Assembly: GCA_043739185.1 (NCBI GenBank)
Contig: JAYUEN010000401.1
Span: forward strand, 1-11,461
Source: Bdellovibrionales bacterium
Lineage (GTDB): Bacteria > Bdellovibrionota > Bdellovibrionia > Bdellovibrionales > JAMPXM01
DNA length: 11,461 bases
Reading direction: 5' to 3'
The position numbers and the translations under genes were made by a program. The notes beneath the pieces were generated by a model that was not told the DNA's origin, ran no database searches, and saw only the letters and a program-made list of their open reading frames with translations. Shown here one piece after another: positions 1 to 5,912 of this stretch. The stretch's first letter is position 1. Every line of letters begins with the position of its first letter.

Positions 1-460
1 CTGCGACGACAATTGCAAGCTTTGCCGTTCGTATCGGATCAAGGGTATAGTGTGGATTCCCGTCAGGATGAACGTCACCCATTGAGCGGCTAATAGCTCC
101 TTTGGGAATCTCAATTGGATCAGCAGAACTTCCCAAGTCTAAATATCCATTTGCATCGGGCCGAATTTTGGGATTGCGCGCTCCCTGAATGAGACTTGGG
201 AGCCATCCCACCTCAAGTGAAAGCCCATTGGCTACAACTAAATCTGCGCCATTCATTTTCAGCATATAAGAAGGTTTTGGATCAATGGTATGTGGATCTT
301 GGGTACCCTTCGCAATCGTATCTACCGTGATATCTGGGCCCCCAACTAAAGTGACGAGAGCTCCGATATCACTGGTTGCCGCCACTACCTTGAGTTTAGC
401 TAAAGCTTTTGCAGAAGATAAAATTGCAATTGAAACAAAGATTAAATTAAGTAGTTTCAT
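1..460 (-). CDS. Metal (Zn/Mn) ABC transporter substrate-binding protein, ZnuA/TroA family; runs off the window start (3' end missing)
   Basis: Not in the ORF track; translated by hand from ATG at 460 with AAGGA upstream: MKLLNLIFVSIAIL..AKAFAKLKVVAATSDIGALVTLVGGPDITVDTIAKGTQDPHTIDPKPSYMLKMNGADLVVANGLSLEVGWL...GDVHPDGNPHYTLDP. The signal peptide, DPH, ADLVVxNGxxLE and NPH motifs are typical of cluster A-I metal-binding proteins. Confidence 0.93.
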   Translation of the reverse strand, partial: MKLLNLIFVSIAILSSAKALAKLKVVAATSDIGALVTLVGGPDITVDTIAKGTQDPHTIDPKPSYMLKMNGADLVVANGLSLEVGWLPSLIQGARNPKIRPDANGYLDLGSSADPIEIPKGAISRSMGDVHPDGNPHYTLDPIRTAKLAIVVA

Positions 461-475
461 TTTAGTTTCCTTTTC

Positions 476-1597
476 TCAGTATGAATGTGCAGGATGTGAG
501 CCGATTAAAAAATTGAGCTGCAAGAGAACCTTTTCTTCAGGAGTTTCTTTGCCATCCTCTAAGTGTGAGTATTGAAGTCTCATGCCAGAAAATTCAGAGG
601 GCAAGAAAGCGAGAAGAGCTGTATACTTTCTCTGAAAGGGCAATATAGCAAGCGGTGCCGTGAGGCTTGAGTCTTTTACCTCTAAATATTCAGAGCGTAC
701 TTGAACCCACCACCTACTTGCGAACTGATACTGAACCCAAGAGGCATAACCCTGGCCTTCGTTTTTTGAGGTCGGACGATCGATCTGACGATGAATATAT
801 TCTGAAGACCAAACGATAGCGTGGTTTTTGCCTCCAACTAGGGGACGCCACTTAAAGGTGAGATCCGTGCCATAAAACACGGTCTTACCAGATTGATAAA
901 TGCTCGATGCATCCTGAAATGAATTTTTACCTTGGGCGCCAGACAGTCCCCATTCGGCAGTCAACTCCTCAGTCAACTCCCAGAGATTTTTATAGTGGAG
1001 CAATAACACCGAATCGTTCGGCGAGCGACTATTAAAATAGGAATCTCCTTCGTTTCGTCCCGAAAGGACCTGGCCAGTCATTTCGCTAAACCAAGGCATT
1101 TGCGGAATGAGGGCTGCCGCCGAAACGCCGACATCATTTAAACCTTCTGTGCCAAAGAGCTGATCATTGATAAGTGGGGCATCAACAAATGGAAAAGCAT
1201 GAGTATGCATTTGATTGTGGCGACCAAAGGCGGCTTTGAATTTCCCTACTCTTAAATTGACACTCGGAAGTTGAAGCGTATCAACGAAGAGCTCTTCTGG
1301 TTCAATTTTGTATTCGCTCGTATGAGGAACGACATTGGTATTCACATCTGGATGAATTGAAAAGGTCGAGGTAAACTTTGTATAGGGGTCGACATCAGCA
1401 ACAAACTGCAATTCAGATTCTTGTAAAGTCGCACCATTTTGCGGCTCGGCCAAGGGGTCATTGCCGCGATTTGAATTTTGATAAAGCAATAGGGCATTGA
1501 CGCTGATATCAGGTGTAAATGCGCCCGCCTTACTTTGCGCCAATGCAAAACTTGGCAAAAGTAAAATAATAATGAATTTACAGAAATATAACTTCAC
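476..1597 (-). CDS. Outer-membrane beta-barrel (porin-like) protein with His motifs, probable metal/zinc uptake channel
   Basis: ORF 476..1615; likely start is GTG at 1597 (GGAG at 1606-1603, 5-nt spacing). It has a signal peptide ending SFALA, amphipathic beta-strand patterns, the motif GKFKAAFGRHNQMHTH and C-terminal LQLNFLIGSHPAHSY. It lies 15 nt upstream of the metal SBP gene on the same strand. Confidence 0.8.
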   Translation of the reverse strand: MKLYFCKFIIILLLPSFALAQSKAGAFTPDISVNALLLYQNSNRGNDPLAEPQNGATLQESELQFVADVDPYTKFTSTFSIHPDVNTNVVPHTSEYKIEPEELFVDTLQLPSVNLRVGKFKAAFGRHNQMHTHAFPFVDAPLINDQLFGTEGLNDVGVSAAALIPQMPWFSEMTGQVLSGRNEGDSYFNSRSPNDSVLLLHYKNLWELTEELTAEWGLSGAQGKNSFQDASSIYQSGKTVFYGTDLTFKWRPLVGGKNHAIVWSSEYIHRQIDRPTSKNEGQGYASWVQYQFASRWWVQVRSEYLEVKDSSLTAPLAILPFQRKYTALLAFLPSEFSGMRLQYSHLEDGKETPEEKVLLQLNFLIGSHPAHSY

Positions 1598-1643
1598 GAG
1601 ATCTCCGATGATCAAAAAAATTTATAAATTTAATTAAGAAGAA

Positions 1644-2042
1644 TTAAGAGGCCAAACCTGCTGGCGGCGCACGCGGGCTCGCATTGGGATTTAATATGGA
1701 TTTAAAAACAAAGCAAATCAGGAGCCCATCTGACGAGGCACTCAAGTTTTTTTCAAAATCCCGACGAAATTCATTTGCGCCAAAATGTATTGATTTAGAT
1801 GACTGCAGTAGTTTTAAAAACGGACAACTACCATTTGAGTCTTCTGGTGCCGCACTCAATTTCAAGGCGGAACTGATTTTTTGCCATTCAGGTAAATCAC
1901 CAAATTGATGTTGATGTGAAACAACTTCTGAGGAAACTAAATGATAGATATCGTGTAGAAACTCTCCGGCGACATTTACTTGAATATAAATAGCCAGTAA
2001 AAAGATCGAAAGCCAAATTTTATGCAGGCCTTTATTCAACAC
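1644..2042 (-). CDS. Putative regulatory leader / ribosome-arrest protein (DUF2946/CruR-like) with C-terminal RAPP motif
   Basis: 132 aa: N-terminal hydrophobic segment (IWLSIFLLAIYIQVNVA), His cluster (HDIYH...SHQHQ), CP motif, and C-terminal SPRAPPAGLAS* with RAPP at 1673-1662. AGGAAGG precedes the GTG start. It sits directly upstream of the metal-uptake genes. Confidence 0.72.
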   Translation of the reverse strand: MLNKGLHKIWLSIFLLAIYIQVNVAGEFLHDIYHLVSSEVVSHQHQFGDLPEWQKISSALKLSAAPEDSNGSCPFLKLLQSSKSIHFGANEFRRDFEKNLSASSDGLLICFVFKSILNPNASPRAPPAGLAS

Positions 2043-2131
2043 TCGATTTCGCCCTTCCTAAGTCAGAAACACAAAGCTAACCAAGTTTTACCTAATCGTC
2101 AGCCCCCGACTCCCCGCGGCGCACCTATCTG

Positions 2132-2158
2132 AGGTGCCAGCTAACATTTCGTAATTCA
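2132..2158 (+). repeat. Extragenic repeat, singlet copy 1
   Basis: AGGTGCCAGCTAACATTTCGTAATTCA is 26/27 identical to the reverse complement of 10672-10698; 2134-2158 is 23/25 identical to 4127-4151. Confidence 0.9.
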
Positions 2159-2274
2159 AGGCGTAAGCATTTTGAATCCACTTTAGATTTTAGACAAGCT
2201 TTTTTGAAATTAGTGCGAGGTGGAATGCCAACATGGAAGGAAAAAGGGCTCTCAAACTTGACAAGCTTTGATTT

Positions 2275-2309
2275 TAAGAATCTCATGTTAGTGTGCGCTA
2301 AGATTCTTA
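2275..2309. promoter_or_regulatory. 9-bp inverted repeat, possible operator or hairpin upstream of the 97-aa gene
   Basis: TAAGAATCT (2275-2283), a 17-nt spacer, then AGATTCTTA (2301-2309). It ends 28 nt before the ATG at 2338, and a TTGACA hexamer lies at 2258-2263. Confidence 0.35.
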
Positions 2310-2337
2310 CTTTTTAGCTTTGCAATAGGAGTTCAAA

Positions 2338-2631
2338 ATGATCAAGCTTTTCGGAAAATTTGCATTGGCGGGTTCAATTTGTTTTGTCATCTTGCAGGTT
2401 ATTGCAAAAGACGATATGCCAAAAAAAAATGAAGCTTGCGCTCCAATTAGAGCTGCTTGCGAAAAGGCAGGTTATATTGAAGGTGGCCTTGCTGAGGGAA
2501 AAGGTTTATATGCCCAATGCATGTATCCAGTACTTGGCTTGGGAGAAAAAGGACCCGCAGGAAAATTTCCTCTTCCAAAACTTGATAAATTAGTAATTGA
2601 AGCCTGCAAGAAGACGAATCCAAAGTTTTAA
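2338..2631 (+). CDS. Small exported Cys-rich hypothetical protein
   Basis: AGGAG RBS 7 nt before the ATG; hydrophobic N-terminus; mature part has 4 Cys (ACAPIRAACEKAGY...GKGLYAQC...EACKK), consistent with two disulfides. Confidence 0.8.
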   Translation: MIKLFGKFALAGSICFVILQVIAKDDMPKKNEACAPIRAACEKAGYIEGGLAEGKGLYAQCMYPVLGLGEKGPAGKFPLPKLDKLVIEACKKTNPKF

Positions 2632-2640
2632 AAACGAGGC

Positions 2641-3159
2641 CTAGTTTAATTCCCAAAAGTAAGTATCGGTCTTATGGCGAACGCTTTCGACATCTACGTG
2701 ATCATTTCCTATCATGAGGCCGCCCATTTTTTTATAAAACGCAACGGCACCATTATTTTCAGTAAATACAGATACAAAGAAATCCTTAAATCTAATTTTG
2801 ATCTTCATTTTGGCGGCTTGAAATAAATCGCTGCCTATACCTTTGCCTTGATAGTCCTTTAAAAGATAAATCGCATAGAGTTCACCTTCAGCACTTAGAT
2901 TTTTTTCTCGTGATTTCCCTGCGGCTGCAAATCCAACAATGCGCCCACTTTTTTTATCTAAAGCAGTTAAATTATCTAAATTTGGATTTTGAATTCGGAT
3001 TCTCGCCGACTCTGCTCGCGATTCAGAATTCAATTCTGCAAGAAATGCATCTGTGAGAATCCCGCGATAAGTGGTGCGCCAAGCATCGACATGGACTTTA
3101 CCAATCTCTTCTGCATCTTCAAGCATCGCAGCTCTAATAATAAATTCTGAATCCGACAT
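2641..3159 (-). CDS. GNAT family N-acetyltransferase
   Basis: Motifs IRAAxxEDAEEIxKVHVDAWRTTYRGI, IVGFA, ELYAIYLLKDYQGKGIGSDLF (acetyl-CoA motif A, QGKGIG) and NNGAVAFYKKMG. Start placed at ATG 3159 rather than TTG 3177. Confidence 0.93.
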   Translation of the reverse strand: MSDSEFIIRAAMLEDAEEIGKVHVDAWRTTYRGILTDAFLAELNSESRAESARIRIQNPNLDNLTALDKKSGRIVGFAAAGKSREKNLSAEGELYAIYLLKDYQGKGIGSDLFQAAKMKIKIRFKDFFVSVFTENNGAVAFYKKMGGLMIGNDHVDVESVRHKTDTYFWELN

Positions 3160-3489
3160 GGATTTAGAATCGCACAATCTTGGCTTTCGAGTCTAGTTAG
3201 GATTTCGCCAGAAAACTTCAGGGTTCGGCGGCTGGCCTTCGGTTCACTGCAGCCGATGCTGAATCAGAGTCTGGCCCCGGCACCCTGACCTACTAAAGAC
3301 CGAAACCGAAACTGCCAAACAGCTAACTGCAGCTGCTGCCACGAAAATTGCTTTGATTTCTAGAGCTAGAACAATACCTACTTATTGGCAAAACTTTTGA
3401 CAGCTCGCTTGGACTAAAAAATGCACTTCAATTTCATCGAATAGCAGAACAATGAGTAAAGCAGAACTACTTTTACCTTGGTGGATTTG

Positions 3490-4122
3490 ATGAAAATTAT
3501 CTTTACAATATTCGGCATTTTGATGACTTTTTGTTCAGGCTTTGATGCCTTTGGCCTCGACCAAAACGAAGATTCACTTTGTAAATTGGCAAACGCTAGC
3601 TTTGCTCAAAGCGAAGCAGACCCCAAAGCAATTGGCTTGGCAGGGATTTCATATCCGCATTTAACCAAACTAAACGACGGAATGAAAAATTTTTCGACCA
3701 GTGGCCTGAGTGTTTTAAATGGCCAAGTTGTAGATTGGTCAAAGGGTGATATTTTGGTTGCCTATCATGGCGGCGACAATTTAATTGAAATGTTCTTCCC
3801 CAATAGTGAACCCGACCCAAAAAGTGGCAAATGTGACTACCCAGATTACAATAAGCAAACCTGCGCAGAAGAGCGTGGTGGCTATATCAAAGTTATTCCA
3901 ACTCCAGGGCTTAGTGAATTTACTTGTCCTGAAGATGGCTATTCTTCGGCCTGGATGAAACCCGAGCCGAATGCAACTTACTGTGTTCGCACCCGCGACG
4001 GAAAAAAATATGCTCTGATGCAAATTCGCGAAATTTGTAGCGATACCAATTCAGTTGTATTTCAGTGGGTCAAAAGCAAAGACCGCAGCTTTCATGCTGA
4101 TTTAAAGATTAAGCTGCAATAG
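3490..4122 (+). CDS. Exported Cys-rich hypothetical protein; C-terminus weakly reminiscent of HmuY-like beta domains
   Basis: Likely start is ATG 3490 (MKIIFTIFGILMTFCSGFDAFG, signal-peptide-like). Six Cys follow the signal, and the C-terminus reads YCVRTRDGKKYALMQIREI...VVFQW. The family hint is from motif memory only. Confidence 0.75.
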   Translation: MKIIFTIFGILMTFCSGFDAFGLDQNEDSLCKLANASFAQSEADPKAIGLAGISYPHLTKLNDGMKNFSTSGLSVLNGQVVDWSKGDILVAYHGGDNLIEMFFPNSEPDPKSGKCDYPDYNKQTCAEERGGYIKVIPTPGLSEFTCPEDGYSSAWMKPEPNATYCVRTRDGKKYALMQIREICSDTNSVVFQWVKSKDRSFHADLKIKLQ

Positions 4123-4123
4123 C

Positions 4124-4217
4124 AAAGTGCCACCTAAGATTTCGTAATTCAGCGCAACAAGCCACTGAATTGCCATATAAATACTGCGCTGAATTACGAA
4201 ATCTTAGGTGGCACTTT
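4124..4217. repeat. Perfect 33-bp inverted repeat doublet with 28-nt spacer (REPIN/MITE-like), copies 2 and 3 of the extragenic repeat
   Basis: 4124-4156 AAAGTGCCACCTAAGATTTCGTAATTCAGCGCA is the exact reverse complement of 4185-4217 TGCGCTGAATTACGAAATCTTAGGTGGCACTTT. Confidence 0.95.
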
Positions 4218-4243
4218 CAAAACTTGGTGCTAGCCTTATTGGA

Positions 4244-5902
4244 ATGAAATGCCTTTTCATATTGCTAGTATTTCTTTGCTCAAATGCACTATTGGCGTCT
4301 GAACCCGACTGGAGCGAAGGATTCAAGGTCCCTGCAGGTGGCAGAGCCAACCCCTACAATTTGTCGCCAACCGACTTTGCGGCGAGCCGCGAGCGAGGTC
4401 GATTGGCGGCGACGACCTATCCGGTTGATGTGACAGCGGTACTCTTACCTTATACTCCAATATTTAATTTTTTAGAAAAGCGAAATCCAAATCCTCTTTT
4501 TGATATTTTACAAAATTTATTTAAAGCAATTACTGAAATTAAAAACTTCAACTCCTTACTTTCGTGGATTGGCTTGCATGATTATCCGAAAACAAGTGAC
4601 TCCGGAATTTACGCAGTCCCTTATCCTGAAAATATTCGCCCCGATTATTTGATGGGGCTTGGGTTGGTTGAACGTCACGGCGTAAAGGCTTTCACCATTG
4701 GTTGTGCCGCCTGTCACTCGTCGCAACTATTTGGAAAAAACATTTTAGGCCTTACCAATCGCTTTCCGAGAGCAAATCGCCTGTTTTTCAAAGCTAAACA
4801 AGCCATGGCTTTTGCCGATGTTAGGGTTTTTCAAGCCTCTACCGGAGCAACCGATGCTGAAACTTTATTAATGGCGGAGACGCTCAAAAATTTTCGTGCT
4901 ACGGACGGGACTTTGCCGCAACAACTTGGCCTTGATACTTCACTTGCGCAAGTTGCCCTATCCTTGAGCCATCGTGAAGAAGGTCCTTGGGCAGAAAAAA
5001 ATTCGATCTTTGAAGATCATCCACGCCCTAATATTTTAGAACATCAAATTGCAGACAGCAAACCCGCCACCTGGTGGAATTTGAAATTCAAAAATCGCTG
5101 GCTCTCCGACGGATCAATTGTGAGCGGAAACCCAATCTTCACCAATATTTTGTGGAACGAAATTGGCCGCGGAATCGATCTTCGTATTCTTGATTCATGG
5201 TTCAACTCAAACTCCTTGCTGATTCAAGATCTTGTGACTGCAGTTTTTTCGATCGAGGCCCCGGCCATCACTGATTTTTTTGATATTTCTAAAATCGATA
5301 TTTCAAGCGCAAAGCGTGGCGAGGTTTTATTTAATAAAAACTGCAAAGACTGTCATGGCCAGTACATCAAAGCTTGGAATACGAATTCAAACCTACCCAA
5401 TATTGATGCTATTAAAACTATTCAAGTGCTTTATCATGCTCGAACTCCGGTGGCGGAGGTTGGGACTGATTCCCATCGGTACTTAGGCATGAAGCCACTT
5501 GAAAAATTAAATGAGCTGCAAATTTCAGTGCGAAACAATACCTTCATTCGTACGCAAACAGGTTATGTGCCACCACCACTTGTGGGCATCTGGGCGAGAT
5601 GGCCTTATTTGCACAACAGCTCTGTACCGAGCCTGTGCGCGCTCCTGACTCCAGGGCCCAAGCGTCCAAAGATTTATTATGCAAGAGAAGCCGTAAATCC
5701 AAATTTAGATTTTGACTTCAATTGCAACGGTTATCCCGAGGGGCAGGCGTTAACCGCCACGGATTTACTATATCAGTTCGATACCTCTCGCGAAGGAATG
5801 TCGAATCTGGGTCATGATCAAAATATTTTAATTGAAAATGGAGTCGAGAAATTTTCACTCAAAGAAAAACAAGATCTTATTCAGTTTTTGCAAACGCTTT
5901 AA
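4244..5902 (+). CDS. Exported di-heme c-type cytochrome, RoxA (rubber oxygenase)-like / cytochrome c peroxidase superfamily
   Basis: Two CxxCH motifs (CAACH 4703-4717, CKDCH 5342-5356) 213 aa apart, with AKRGEVLFNKNC before the second and GYVPPPLVGIWARWPYLHNSSVPSL after it (MauG/RoxA-type PYxHNGSVP region). Signal peptide begins at ATG 4244; the track's GTG 4208 lies inside the repeat. Confidence 0.8.
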   Translation: MKCLFILLVFLCSNALLASEPDWSEGFKVPAGGRANPYNLSPTDFAASRERGRLAATTYPVDVTAVLLPYTPIFNFLEKRNPNPLFDILQNLFKAITEIKNFNSLLSWIGLHDYPKTSDSGIYAVPYPENIRPDYLMGLGLVERHGVKAFTIGCAACHSSQLFGKNILGLTNRFPRANRLFFKAKQAMAFADVRVFQASTGATDAETLLMAETLKNFRATDGTLPQQLGLDTSLAQVALSLSHREEGPWAEKNSIFEDHPRPNILEHQIADSKPATWWNLKFKNRWLSDGSIVSGNPIFTNILWNEIGRGIDLRILDSWFNSNSLLIQDLVTAVFSIEAPAITDFFDISKIDISSAKRGEVLFNKNCKDCHGQYIKAWNTNSNLPNIDAIKTIQVLYHARTPVAEVGTDSHRYLGMKPLEKLNELQISVRNNTFIRTQTGYVPPPLVGIWARWPYLHNSSVPSLCALLTPGPKRPKIYYAREAVNPNLDFDFNCNGYPEGQALTATDLLYQFDTSREGMSNLGHDQNILIENGVEKFSLKEKQDLIQFLQTL

Positions 5903-5912
5903 GAATGGACGC

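Noticed and set aside
285..575. 96-aa plus-strand ORF
   Set aside because: Antisense shadow of the SBP and barrel genes, which carry clear family motifs.
2132..2161. Repeat interpreted as a XerC/D dif or pdif site (GGTGC...TAA-N6-GTA)
   Set aside because: Only the left part loosely resembles the XerC arm. The normally conserved XerD arm TTATGTTAAAT is poorly matched and orientations do not alternate as in pdif modules.
2193..2269. 10-bp direct repeat GACAAGCTTT at 2193 and 2260
   Set aside because: Only two short copies with no supporting context; cannot be distinguished from chance.
3200..3290. TPP riboswitch-like words on the minus strand (GGGTGC..CTGA..GAACCCTGA)
   Set aside because: The CTGAGA and TGATxxGGxTAATxCCxGCGxAGG elements are absent, and the downstream gene is unrelated to thiamine.
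3386..3401. TGGCAA-AACTT-TTGAC as a sigma-54 promoter for the 3490 gene
   Set aside because: Mismatches in both elements, including loss of the -12 GC dinucleotide; too weak to call.
4124..4217. Repeat interpreted as an integron attC site
   Set aside because: The arms are perfectly complementary with no extrahelical bases and read CTAAG/CTTAG rather than AAC/GTT; flanking genes are not a unidirectional cassette array.
4123..4221. CAAA on both sides of the inverted doublet as a target-site duplication
   Set aside because: The left copy overlaps the repeat arm asymmetrically, and a 4-mer of this composition is expected by chance.
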